Shown here piece after piece: positions 52,680-63,136 of a stretch of 64,000 nt of DNA. The position numbers were made by a program, and so were the translations under genes. The stretch is from Patescibacteria group bacterium (GTDB lineage Bacteria > Patescibacteriota > Patescibacteriia > Patescibacteriales > BS150m-G62): assembly GCA_016784175.1 (NCBI GenBank), contig JADHVC010000001.1:5567-69566 (forward strand), given 5' to 3'. The stretch's first letter is position 1, and the number at the start of each line of letters is the position of its first letter. The notes beneath the pieces were generated by a model, which saw nothing but the letters and a program-made list of their open reading frames with translations, was not told the DNA's origin and ran no database searches.

Positions 52680-53287
52680 TAAATTTCAAAAAAATACATT
52701 ATCTTTTTGAAATATTAAAAATTTTTTGTAAAAAGTTTTAAACATAAAGAACATACATTTTTTGAAAATTTTATGGCAGTAGAGCTTCGCTCGCTATAAA
52801 ATTTCAAAAAATACCTTATGTTTTTGAAATATTAAGAACTTTTTTGTAAAAAGTTTTAAGCTAAAATATTAAGAACTTTTTTGTAAAAAGTTTTAAGCTA
52901 AAATATTAAGAACTTTTTTGTAAAAAGTTTTAAATCAGTGCTCGTAGCTCAGCTGGATAGAGTGCTTGGCTTCGGACCAAGAGGTCGCAGGTTCGAATCC
53001 TGCCGGGCACACAACATTTGAAATATTAAGAACTTTTTTGTAAAAAGTTTTAAACCTAAAAAGCATACTTTTTTTTAAGTTTTATGGCGGTAGAGCTTCG
53101 CTCGCTATAAAATTTCAAAAAATACATTATGTTTTTGAAATATTAAGAACTTTTTTGTAAAAAGTTTTAAACCTAAAAAGCATACATTTTTTTAAGTTTT
53201 ATGGCGGTAGAGCTTCGCTCGCTATAAAATTTCAAAAAATACCTTATATTTTTGAAATATTAAGAACTTTTTTGTAAAAAGTTTTAA
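52680..53287 (+). repeat. Modular array: seven ~33-bp palindromic repeats separated by 84-bp hairpins, 4-bp linkers or a tRNA gene
   Basis: AAATATTAAGAACTTTTTTGTAAAAAGTTTTAA starts at 52710 (variant), 52827, 52864, 52901, 53021, 53138, 53255. Confidence 0.9.
52938..53011 (+). tRNA. tRNA-Arg(TCG)
   Basis: GTGCTCG/CGGGCAC acceptor, anticodon arm CTTGG-CTTCGGA-CCAAG, GTTCGAATC. Confidence 0.95.
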
Positions 53288-53290
53288 AAT

Positions 53291-53364
53291 GGCGGCGTAG
53301 CTCAGCTGGTTAGAGCGAAGGAATCATAACCCTTAGGTCAGAGGTTCGAGTCCCCTCGCCGCTA
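53291..53364 (+). tRNA. tRNA-Met(CAT), probably elongator
   Basis: GGCGGCG/CGCCGCT acceptor, loop ATCATAA, GTTCGAGTC; Ile2 not fully excluded. Confidence 0.9.
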
Positions 53365-53494
53365 CATTAAAATATAAGTCCTCTTTTTGGTAAATAAAGT
53401 TTTCAATGATGTACAGCCCGATCGTTATGCTCGTTTAGTATAGGATCATCATTAAAACAAAACCAAAAAGAGTTCTTTTAAATTTTATAGCATT

Positions 53495-53570
53495 GCCCTT
53501 ATAGCTCAGTTGGTAGAGCAGACGCCTCTTAAGCGTAAGGTCGCAGGTTCGAGTCCTGCTGGGGGCACCA
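53495..53570 (+). tRNA. tRNA-Lys(CTT), CCA encoded
   Basis: ACGC-CTCTTAA-GCGT anticodon arm, GTTCGAGTC, 3' CCA. Confidence 0.95.
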
Positions 53571-53592
53571 AAGAAAAAAAACACCCTTTCAT

Positions 53593-53617
53593 TGAACTGT
53601 ACCCCGTTTAGTAGACA
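53593..53617. mobile_element. Possible IS3-family terminal inverted repeat remnant
   Basis: TGAACTGTACCCCGTTTAGTAGACA resembles IS150-group ends; no partner end or transposase seen. Confidence 0.35.
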
Positions 53618-53758
53618 CGGGTAAAAAACAACTAAGTAATTTGTAAAAGATGATTTCGATATTGCACCGAAGTCATCTTTTTTAAATCCCATTGATAACG
53701 TGCATTATTATAATACTCTATGTATTCCTGAACCATCAAATTAAGCTCATTAAAGGTT

Positions 53759-54166
53759 TTGCATTCTTTGAAAGAAATGAATTATTATCAGCAGAACGAA
53801 TTTGCTAAAGCAGCGGAGGCATATAGACAAGCGCTGGTAATTAAACTTAATGATATTGATATTAATTTTACTCTAGTTGGGGCAGAGTCGGGTGCTAAGC
53901 AGTATCAAGCAGAAAGCAGAACGTTGGACAAGATTTGGCAGATTCAAACCATGGGAATCAAGATGGCGCCATACTATTATTATCGAGCCGAGATATTAGT
54001 CGCGGGAGAGAAATACAATGATGCGCGGGAACAGATTGATAATGCTATAGTGGCCGATAGTAGCCATTCGAAGTATTATCGTTTAAAAATAGACATCCTA
54101 ACTAAGCTAGGTAGATTAAGGGAGGTGAATGCGGTAAAGAAAGAATTAGCAGAGCTGGAGAAGTAG
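53759..54166 (+). CDS. TPR-repeat protein (probably 5'-truncated)
   Basis: A..Y..AL and YYYRAEIL TPR-like helices; weak start. Confidence 0.55.
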   Translation: MHSLKEMNYYQQNEFAKAAEAYRQALVIKLNDIDINFTLVGAESGAKQYQAESRTLDKIWQIQTMGIKMAPYYYYRAEILVAGEKYNDAREQIDNAIVADSSHSKYYRLKIDILTKLGRLREVNAVKKELAELEK

Positions 54167-54458
54167 GGATTGTCGGTATATTGCCACCACCTTTAAAGCA
54201 TGGCAAGAACTACGTAAATATGGCTATTATAACCTATAGGACGATTCAAAAAGATTGAGGCGATGGATTTTACGGTTAAAGATTTTTCGATGCTCATGGG
54301 GGGCTAGGCGGGCTAGTTTTTGGTAGTATTGAGCGAGAAACTGGTGTAACTTTATAGTATTAATGAAGACTGATTAATTTACATTAATGGTAGTTTAATC
54401 GTTGCTTATTGTTTTAAAGGGTGGTAACTTTATATTAAAGTTAAAAAATTATGATTCT

Positions 54459-56011
54459 ATGACTAAAGTAAAAGAGAAAAAACAATCCACCTCTGCCAAT
54501 ATCGGTTTTGAAGAAAAGCTTTGGGCAACTGCTGATAAAATGCGTAATAATATGGATCCGGCTGAATATAAGCATGTTATTCTAGGTCTCATTTTTTTAA
54601 AGTATATTTCCGATTCATTTGAAGAGTTGCATGTTAAATTAAAAAATGATTCGGAAGGACTGGACGATCCGGAAGATAAAGATGAATATAAAGCTGAAAA
54701 TGTTTTTTGGGTGCCAAAAGAAGCTCGTTGGTCATATATTACAATTAACGCTAAAAAACCGGAGATTGGAAAGTTAATTGATGATGCCATGGTTTTAATC
54801 GAAAAAGAGAACCCTAATTTAAAAGGTGTGTTACCTAAAATTTATGCTCGTCATGATTTAGACAAAGTTAAACTTGGAGAAATAATCGACACAATTGGCA
54901 CTATCGGCATGGGAGATAAAGAAAGTAAGTCAAAAGATATGCTTGGTCGTATTTATGAATATTTTATCGGTCGATTTGCTGGAGCAGAAGGCAAAGGCGG
55001 AGGAGAGTTTTTACGCCACAATCAGTAGTTAAATTATTAGTCAGCATGCTTGAGCCATATAAAGGTAGAATTTATGATCCTTGTTGTGGTAGCGGAGGCA
55101 TGTTTGTGCAAAGTGAAAAGTTTATTGAAAGCCACGGTGGTAACAAAGACGATATCGCTGTTTATGGTCAGGAGTCAAATCCAACCACTTGGAGATTGTG
55201 CAAAATGAATTTAGCTATTCGCGGTATTGCTGGGAACATTGGATCAATTCATGCCGATAGTTTTCGTAATGATTTACATAAAGATTTGAAAGCAGATTTT
55301 ATCCTTGCTAATCCACCATTTAACATAAGTGATTGGGGCGGAGAACAGCTTAAAGATGATGTGCGTTGGAAATATGGCATGCCACCAACCGGCAATGCTA
55401 ACTATGCTTGGATAGAGCATATGATCCATCACCTTTCACCAACAGGAATCGCTGGTTTTGTTTTGGCTAATGGCTCTCTTGCGTCTAATACTTCAGGCGA
55501 AGGAGAGATTAGAAAAAAACTTATTCAAAATGGTTTAGTGGACTGCATTGTCGCTATGCCACCACAACTTTTTTATACTACTCAAATTCCGGCTTGCCTT
55601 TGGCTTGTTTCTCGTGATCGCTATGATCATAAACTTCGCGATCGACATAAAGAAATATTGTTTATAGATGCTCGTAAAATGGGTACTATGGTAACTAGAA
55701 AGAATCGCGAATTAACCGATGAAGATATCGCTAAAATTTCTAGTACTTATCATAGCTGGCGTAGCATTAACGGTAAATATGAAGATGTAAAAGGATTCTC
55801 TAAGGCGGCGAACATGGAAGAAGTAGAAAAGAATGGCTTTGTTTTGACTCCAGGTCGTTATGTTGGATCGGATTATGTAGAAGAAGATGACGAAGTGTTT
55901 GAAGAAAAAATGAAAAGATTGACCGGTGAATTGTCAGGACAGTTTAAGCAATCAAAGGAGTTGGAGGAGAGGATAAAGAAAAATTTAGAAAGCATTGGTT
56001 TTAAGATATAA
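54459..56011 (+). pseudogene. hsdM: Type I R-M methyltransferase subunit with a single-base frameshift
   Basis: LWATAD.MR, FLKYISD, GKGGGEF|TPQSVV break at the T5 run 55008-55012, [12 protein letters not shown]. Confidence 0.9.
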
Positions 56012-56014
56012 AAT

Positions 56015-56665
56015 ATGTGGTATCTATATTTAGATGAAAGTGGAGATCTGGGTTTCGATTTTGTCAATAAAAAGCCGTCAAAATTTTTTACGGTTACTAT
56101 TTTAGCGTTAAGTTGTCACGATGCTAATCGCCAGTTGATTAAAGCAGTCAAAACCACAATTCGTCATAAGTTAAACAAATCAAAGAATCAAAAAAGAGTA
56201 GCGAAAGAACTAAAAGGTACTGGCACAACACTGGACGTCAAGAAGTATTTTTTTGAAAAGGCTAAGAATGTTAAATTTGGAGTTTACTCTATTACGCTAA
56301 ACAAGAAACGTGTTTTTGAAAAGTTATCTAAAGACAAGTCAAGAGTTTACAACTATATTGCCAGACAAGTACTTGATCAAATTCCTTTTGAAAAAAATAA
56401 TAGTGATCGTGTTGAATTGATTTTAGATAAATCTATGGCCAAACCGGAAATAAAAGAATTTAATGCTTATATAAGACGCCAACTTGAAGGTCGCTTGTCT
56501 CCGAATGTGCCGCTTGATATTTATCATTGGTTATCACATGAGAATTATGGCCTACAGGCAGCGGATTTGTTTTGCTGGGGAATATTCCAAAAATATGAAC
56601 GACAGAATAAGGACTGGTTTAATGTTTTTGCAGATAAGATATTGTTTGATGAACAATTTTTATAA
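56015..56665 (+). CDS. DUF3800-family protein (predicted RNase H-like fold)
   Basis: N-terminal YLDESGDLG, ELKG, C-terminal LQAADLF. Confidence 0.85.
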   Translation: MWYLYLDESGDLGFDFVNKKPSKFFTVTILALSCHDANRQLIKAVKTTIRHKLNKSKNQKRVAKELKGTGTTLDVKKYFFEKAKNVKFGVYSITLNKKRVFEKLSKDKSRVYNYIARQVLDQIPFEKNNSDRVELILDKSMAKPEIKEFNAYIRRQLEGRLSPNVPLDIYHWLSHENYGLQAADLFCWGIFQKYERQNKDWFNVFADKILFDEQFL

Positions 56666-56771
56666 ACAAAAAACCCCTTACGGGGAAGCAACTTTATAGG
56701 TTTGTTGTGTCCAGACTATAGCCAACCGATGGATGGGAATATCTAGAACAACCTATAAAAGATTTACGCTT
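56664..56771 (-). ncRNA. Candidate structured small RNA convergent with the DUF3800 gene
   Basis: Minus-strand promoter TTGATT-18bp-TATATT (56778-56807), long rod-like stem with G-U pairs, CCCC-GTAA-GGGG-TTTTTTGTTT terminator. Confidence 0.6.
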
Positions 56772-56843
56772 ATTTATAATATAGCATAAAATGATATAAA
56801 AAATCAATAGTTATCCACAGATGGAGAGTAAAAATACAAAAAT

Positions 56844-58085
56844 ATGGCTAATAACCAAACAAAATTTAAAGAAACAGAAATAGGAACCATCCCAGAGGAA
56901 TGGGATGTTTTTGATATTCAAACTGTTTCTGATGTTGTCGGTGGTGGTACTCCATCAACAACAAATAATAATAATTTTAACGGTGAGATTCCGTGGATAA
57001 CACCGAGAGACCTGTCTTCATATCAGGATCGGTTTATTTCCCGTGGTGAGAGATGTATTTCAGAGGAAGGACTTAACTCAAGCAACGCTAAATTATTACC
57101 GGTCAATACAGTTTTATTGACGACAAGAGCCCCTGTTGGGTATCTTGCTATCGCAAAAAATGAAGTTACTACCAATCAGGGATTCCACAGTCTAATTCCA
57201 AACAATAAGACAAATAGTCTTTTTCTTTTTTACCTTTTGAAAAATAATGTTGAAAAACTTATCAGCAATGCTTCTGGTAGTACTTTTCAAGAACTTAATG
57301 GCAAAACACTAAAGTCATTAGAGTTTGCTTTTCCAAGAATTAGCGAGCAAGAACAAATCGCCGAAATCCTTTCCTCTCTTGATGATAAAATAGAACTTAA
57401 TCGTAAAATAAATGCTAACTTAGAAAAGATAGCGAGTGCTTTGTTTAAGAGGTGGTTTGTTGATATTGGCGATGAATTGCCGGAGAGGTGGAAAATGGGA
57501 ACGATTGGAGATTTTGGAAAAGTTAAATCAGGTTTCGCATTTAAGGGAGAATGCTTTAATGATCAAGAGGGAGTGCCGGTTATTAAAATTAAAAATATTA
57601 TTGAGCCAAATGTTGATTTAAATAATGTTGATTATGTTTCTGATGAATTAGTGAACAAAAAAGCAAAAGAGTTCATTCTGGAAGCAGGAGATATTTTAAT
57701 CGCTATGTCCGGCAATACTACCGGCAAGATTGGTATTATGCCTAAGACAAAAAATGATTATGTTTTAAATCAGCGGGTCGGCAAATATTTTTTAAAAGAT
57801 AAAAATAATTTAGGCTATGTATATTTCTATTTAAGAAGCGGCGACATTCAAGAAAATATAATTCAGGCCGCATATGGCAGCGCGCAACCAAATATTAGTC
57901 CAAGTATTCTAGAAAATATAAAAATTATTATTCCCGATAATGCAGCATTAAACACTTTTAATAACGTGGCAAATAATGCTATAGAAATAATTGTAAGGAA
58001 CAATTTTGAAATTAATGTTTTAACAGAACTAAGAGATTCTATTTTGCCTCGATTAATGAGTGGAAAAATAAGAGTAAAAATATGA
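56844..58085 (+). CDS. hsdS: Type I R-M specificity subunit
   Basis: IPEEW, GGTPS, EQ..IA..L..LDDKIE, LPERW, LRD.ILPRLMSG; two TRDs. Confidence 0.95.
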   Translation: MANNQTKFKETEIGTIPEEWDVFDIQTVSDVVGGGTPSTTNNNNFNGEIPWITPRDLSSYQDRFISRGERCISEEGLNSSNAKLLPVNTVLLTTRAPVGYLAIAKNEVTTNQGFHSLIPNNKTNSLFLFYLLKNNVEKLISNASGSTFQELNGKTLKSLEFAFPRISEQEQIAEILSSLDDKIELNRKINANLEKIASALFKRWFVDIGDELPERWKMGTIGDFGKVKSGFAFKGECFNDQEGVPVIKIKNIIEPNVDLNNVDYVSDELVNKKAKEFILEAGDILIAMSGNTTGKIGIMPKTKNDYVLNQRVGKYFLKDKNNLGYVYFYLRSGDIQENIIQAAYGSAQPNISPSILENIKIIIPDNAALNTFNNVANNAIEIIVRNNFEINVLTELRDSILPRLMSGKIRVKI

Positions 58086-58920
58086 ACAATCCAATAAAAC
58101 AACACACGGTGCCTAATTTTTATTTAAAAAACTTTGCAGATAAAAATTTATGTGTTTGGGTATGTGATAAAAAGAAAAAGGAACTCAGGAAGCAACCAAC
58201 CAAAGACACGGCTATAATTAATGATTATTACACATTTATAAATAGTTCGAATGAAAAAGATTATAAAGTTGAAAAGGAGTTATTTGCAAGCACGATAGAA
58301 AAAGAAATGAGTGCCATACAAAATAAAATTTTAAATAATTTGGAATATGATGATAATGATAAAAAAATAATTTGCAGATTTTTAACATTTCAATTTTCGC
58401 GAACAACAAAATTCAAGGAAGATTTTGAAAAAATTTATACAAGCATCTTAGGAGAAACTTTAAATAATAAATTTTGTAATGAAAAAATAAAAAGAATTGC
58501 GTGAGTCCGCATAAAAAATTGCATCTAAGAGCAATGGCTAAATTTTATGAAAAATTTTATAATGCTTTTTTGAAATTAAACTTTTTATTTTTAATAACTA
58601 GTGGAAAGGGCGTTGATCAATTTATTACATCTGATAATCCAGTTATTTTATTTGGCTTTGAAAAGTTAAATGGAAAATTTTATAATTTTAAGACTATTTA
58701 TTTCCCTTTTTCGCCTTCAATAGCATTGTTACTAAATGATAAATGCTTAGGAATAAAAAATATTAATAAACAAAAAACCGAATTATTTAATAGCACAACA
58801 ATAAAACAATCTGATCAGTATTTAATATCTAATAGTCGGAAACTATTATTAAATATAAAGTTAATTACAAAAAGTTACGATCAGGAAAAAATTAAAAAAA
58901 TGATAAGTGAAATTTTATGA
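58082..58920 (+). pseudogene. DUF4238-family gene split into two overlapping ORFs
   Basis: QHTVPNFYLKNF in ORF1 and FITSDNPV..FPFSP in ORF2; GTGA overlap at 58501-58504. Confidence 0.7.
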
Positions 58921-61900
58921 CCCACAACTACTACGAATCCGATCTTGAACAAGCTACATTGGAATGGCTGGAAGAGATTGGATATAAAACAATTTATGGA
59001 CCATCCATTGATCCGGAGGCAGAAGATGGAAAGGCAGAAAGAAAAAACTATTCCGAGGTTATTTTAGTTGACCGCTTGAAGTTTGCGATAGAAAGAATTA
59101 ATCCGAATATACCGATAGAGGCACAGCAAGATGCAGTTGATAAAGTTTTAGGCTTGCCTTGGTTAAAGCCGAATTTGGTAGAAAATAATTACGCAATGCA
59201 CAAAATGCTGACCGATGGCGTTGATATTACATATAAAGATAAGGATGGCTTAATGCGTGGCGATAAAGTTTATCTAGTGGACAAAAATAATTTAGATAAT
59301 AATGATTGGTTGGCGGTTAATCAATTTACAGTCAAAGAGGATAATAAAACTCGCAGACCGGATGTTGTTATTTTTATTAATGGCTTGCCACTTGCCATCA
59401 TTGAACTTAAAAATCCGGCAGATGAAAATGCAACCATTATCCAAGCCTATAATCAAATTCAGACTTACAAACAAGATATTCAAACATTTTTTACATATAA
59501 CAGTTTAGTTGTAGTTAGTGATGGCGTTAATACACGCATTGGATCTTTAACTGCCAACGAAGAACGCTTTATGAAATGGCGGACGATTGACGGCTCTGAC
59601 TTAGCTCCTGCCTCTATTCCTGAAATGGAAGTTTTAATTAAAGGCGTATTTGATAAAAAAAGAATTTTAGATATTCTTTTAAATTTTATTATCTTTAATA
59701 CTGACGGAGAAAATACTATTAAAATTTTAGCCGCTTATCACCAATACCACGCTGTAAACAAAGCTGTTATTCAAACAATAGAAGCTACCAAAGAAGATGG
59801 CGACCGGCGTTGCGGAGTGGTTTGGCATACCCAAGGCAGTGGGAAGTCTTTAACTATGGTATTTTATGCCGGTAAGCTCATACAAGTTTTAGATAACCCA
59901 ACTATTGTAGTTTTAACCGATAGAAATGATCTAGATGAGCAATTATCTACTACTTTTTCTTTATGCCAAGATTTAATCAGACAAACTCCGGTTCAAGCAG
60001 AAAGCAGAATGAATTTAAAAGAACTGTTGAAAGTAGCTTCCGGCGGAGTTGTCTTTACTACTATTCAAAAATTTTCTGAAGGTGACGAAATGTTGTCTAA
60101 TAGAAAAAATATAGTAGTTTGTGTAGATGAAGCACATCGATCACAATATGATTTTATGGATGGCTTTGCTCGTCATATGCGTGAAGCCTTGCCCAACGCC
60201 TCGTTTATCGGATTTACCGGCACGCCAATTGAATTAACCGATGCAAACACCAGGGCGGTATTTGGAGAATATATCGATGTTTATGATATTGCTCAAGCAG
60301 TAGAAGATAAAGCGACAGTTCCAATTTATTACGAAGCACGTTTAGCTAAAATTCAATTATTGGAATCAGAAAGACCAAAGATTGATCCAAAGTTTGAAGA
60401 ACTAACAGAGGGAGAAGAAGCGGATAAAAAAGAAAAGTTAAAAAGCAAATGGGCCAAGCTTGAAGCGATGGTTGGTTCAGAAAAAAGAATTGGCCTTATC
60501 GCTCAAGATATTGTAAGCCATTTTAAGCAAAGGTCAGATGTGATTAATGGTAAGGGCATGATTGTAACCATGAGTCGTCGTATTGCAGTTGAACTATACG
60601 ATGAGATTATAAAATTGAGACCGCATTGGCATAGTGATAATGACGAGAAAGGATTTTTAAAGGTAGTAATTACAGGATCGGCAACTGACCCGCTTAATTT
60701 TCAAAAACATATTAGAAGTAAACAAGCGAGAAAAGATTTAGCTAAGCACATGAAAAAACCCAGTAGCGATTTAAAACTGGTGATTGTGCGTGATATGTGG
60801 CTAACTGGTTTTGATGTACCTAGTTTGCATACAATGTATTTAGATAAACCAATGCAAGGTCATGGTTTGATGCAAGCGATTGCCAGAGTGAATAGAATTT
60901 ATAAAGATAAACAAGGTGGTTTAGTGGTTGATTATCTTGGAATTGCCCCAATGTTAAAAGAAGCTCTAGCCTATTACACTAATAGCGGTCGCAACAAACC
61001 AACTATTCCACAAGAGGAGGCAGTATCGGTTATGTTAGAAAAGTACGAAGTTGTTAAGGGTATGTATCATAATTTTGATTATTCAGATTTTTTTAGCAAT
61101 AAAGCCTCAAAAAGAACCAGAGTAATCGCTAGTAGTATTGATTTTATTCTTGGTCTCACAAATGGCAAGAAAAGATACGTTCAAGTTGTTACCGAGCTGT
61201 CCTATGCTTTTTCTTTGTCTGTTCCAAATGAAGAGGCTATTAAAATTAGAGATGAGGTGGCGTTTTTTCAAGTTATTAAAGGAGCAATTGTTAAAATGGA
61301 AGATTTTGAAAAACAAAACAAGAAAGATATCGGCATTCAAGATAGCTATGATCAAGCGATAAAACAAATTATTTCTCATGCTATTACTTCAGATGAGGTG
61401 GTTAATGTTTTTACTGCCGCTGGCTTAAAAAATCCAAATGTTTCTGTTTTATCAGATGAATTTTTAGAGGAAGTAAAGAATCTGAAATATAAGAATTTGG
61501 CCTTAGAAATATTGAAGAAATTATTGAACAATGAGATTAAAACTATGACAAAAAAGAATCTGATTAAATCCAGGTCATTTGCTAAATTACTTCAAGATAT
61601 CATCCGTAAATATCAGAATCAAACGATTGATGCGGCTCAAGTTATTTATGAATTAGTAGAACTGGCTAAGAAGATTAAGAATGAAGAGACTCAAGGAGAG
61701 TCTTTAGGTTTATCAGTTGAAGAAGTGGCTTTCTATGATGCTTTAATTGAAAATGAAAGTGCTGTATTAGAATTGGGAGACGATGTATTAAAACAAATTG
61801 CTAGAGAGCTAGTATCTATGCTGAGAAAGAACACCACCATTGACTGGACATTAAAAGAAAGTATCAGAGCAAAACTCAGACTCTATGTTAAAAAGTTATT

Positions 61901-61997
61901 AAAGAAATATAAATATCCGCCAGATAAACAAGAAAATGCCACGCGGACAGTATTGGAGCAAGCCGAAGTATTATGTAAGGATTGGAGCGGAAAATAG
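58917..61997 (+). CDS. hsdR: Type I R-M restriction subunit
   Basis: [41 protein letters not shown]. Confidence 0.97.
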   Translation: MTHNYYESDLEQATLEWLEEIGYKTIYGPSIDPEAEDGKAERKNYSEVILVDRLKFAIERINPNIPIEAQQDAVDKVLGLPWLKPNLVENNYAMHKMLTDGVDITYKDKDGLMRGDKVYLVDKNNLDNNDWLAVNQFTVKEDNKTRRPDVVIFINGLPLAIIELKNPADENATIIQAYNQIQTYKQDIQTFFTYNSLVVVSDGVNTRIGSLTANEERFMKWRTIDGSDLAPASIPEMEVLIKGVFDKKRILDILLNFIIFNTDGENTIKILAAYHQYHAVNKAVIQTIEATKEDGDRRCGVVWHTQGSGKSLTMVFYAGKLIQVLDNPTIVVLTDRNDLDEQLSTTFSLCQDLIRQTPVQAESRMNLKELLKVASGGVVFTTIQKFSEGDEMLSNRKNIVVCVDEAHRSQYDFMDGFARHMREALPNASFIGFTGTPIELTDANTRAVFGEYIDVYDIAQAVEDKATVPIYYEARLAKIQLLESERPKIDPKFEELTEGEEADKKEKLKSKWAKLEAMVGSEKRIGLIAQDIVSHFKQRSDVINGKGMIVTMSRRIAVELYDEIIKLRPHWHSDNDEKGFLKVVITGSATDPLNFQKHIRSKQARKDLAKHMKKPSSDLKLVIVRDMWLTGFDVPSLHTMYLDKPMQGHGLMQAIARVNRIYKDKQGGLVVDYLGIAPMLKEALAYYTNSGRNKPTIPQEEAVSVMLEKYEVVKGMYHNFDYSDFFSNKASKRTRVIASSIDFILGLTNGKKRYVQVVTELSYAFSLSVPNEEAIKIRDEVAFFQVIKGAIVKMEDFEKQNKKDIGIQDSYDQAIKQIISHAITSDEVVNVFTAAGLKNPNVSVLSDEFLEEVKNLKYKNLALEILKKLLNNEIKTMTKKNLIKSRSFAKLLQDIIRKYQNQTIDAAQVIYELVELAKKIKNEETQGESLGLSVEEVAFYDALIENESAVLELGDDVLKQIARELVSMLRKNTTIDWTLKESIRAKLRLYVKKLLKKYKYPPDKQENATRTVLEQAEVLCKDWSGK

Positions 61998-62288
61998 GAT
62001 TTAAAAATTAAAATAAATAATATGACAATCTTAGAAAATTCAATTTTTATTACCACAGAATCCTCAATTACTTTTGGAGCCACTACTATACCAACCTAAT
62101 TTAAACAATCAGATAATCTGTGCGTAAAATCAGAAAGACAATTTTCAGAAGTGTCGTAAAAATTAGTCTGAAATAATAGCTTTGGGATTGAGCATTGTAT
62201 TTTTAGATAATTTTCTTTAAATCCGCCTTTTGCGTCGGCGGTCAAATGCTAGTTTGACACAAATAGAATATTCAAAAATCATGGATCA

Positions 62289-62322
62289 TATATTCTCAAT
62301 ATGAGCTAATAAAGCATCTAGA
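62289..62322. repeat. 34-bp exact copy of 63626-63659 (inside ORF 63137-63745)
   Basis: TATATTCTCAATATGAGCTAATAAAGCATCTAGA at both sites. Confidence 0.9.
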
Positions 62323-62342
62323 CAACCATTAATTTAAAAAAA

Positions 62343-62384
62343 ATGCAACTTGTATTATGCAACTCGTATTATGCAACTCGTATT
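62343..62384. repeat. 3 x 14-bp tandem repeat
   Basis: ATGCAACTYGTATT x3. Confidence 0.9.
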
Positions 62385-62571
62385 AGTCACAACATATTGG
62401 ACAATTTACATTTCTAGTCAAAATGGCTTTGGATTTTTTTGCGATTAAAACAAAAATAGAAATTTATTAACAAAGAAAAAACCGCCAGAGGTCCATTTGT
62501 AGACTTAGCGGTGTTTTGGTTAGACTCAGATTTTTAACCTATTATTTCTTGCAGTATTAATGCGAGTTGAA

Positions 62572-63081
62572 TTACTTTGGCACAGTACGCCAAACGCCAC
62601 ATGGCTTACCATTCATATACGTTTGGGTTAGATACATATTTGTGATAGTAATATGTCCGTCTTTTCGGGCTAACCCATATTTAATATTCCTGATTGTCGC
62701 GGTCATAGTGGACTCATTGCCAACTTTAGCAGAAACAAATTGAATTGATTCTCCTTTAAACACATGACGTTCTTTTTGCACATATTGCTCAAATTCAGCA
62801 CGTGACATTGGTATTATTCTTGGACATGGTCCATCGCATGTACTCCTCATCTCTTCTACTGAAAGAAAATCTAAACCTTCTTTCGGTATTGACGACATAA
62901 ACTCTGTAACCTGACCTGTTCCTTGATGTTGATACAAGGAAATTTTTTCTACAATTATTGAGCAAGCATTAATTGCCGTTTCCTCTTTAGACATTTTTTG
63001 TGGTTTGCCAATGCTTGTCGCACAGCCACAGAGCAAAATGGTAAGTAATAAGGTTAATGGTAAAAAACGTTTTTTCCACAT
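62572..63081 (-). CDS. Putative lipoprotein
   Basis: Signal peptide with lipobox LCGC; SD GGGAG. Confidence 0.7.
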   Translation of the reverse strand: MWKKRFLPLTLLLTILLCGCATSIGKPQKMSKEETAINACSIIVEKISLYQHQGTGQVTEFMSSIPKEGLDFLSVEEMRSTCDGPCPRIIPMSRAEFEQYVQKERHVFKGESIQFVSAKVGNESTMTATIRNIKYGLARKDGHITITNMYLTQTYMNGKPCGVWRTVPK

Positions 63082-63136
63082 TGCAATTCTCCCGTTAACG
63101 TCAAAGATTTTACTATTAAAGTCTTTGTTATTAGTT

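Noticed and set aside
52680-53287. CRISPR array interpretation of the 33-bp repeats
   Set aside because: The intervening sequences are near-identical hairpins, 4-bp linkers or a tRNA rather than unique spacers, and there are no cas genes in the window
53435-53692. 85-aa minus-strand ORF
   Set aside because: It is the antisense reading of tRNA-Lys (GAPSRTRTCDL is a typical tRNA shadow)
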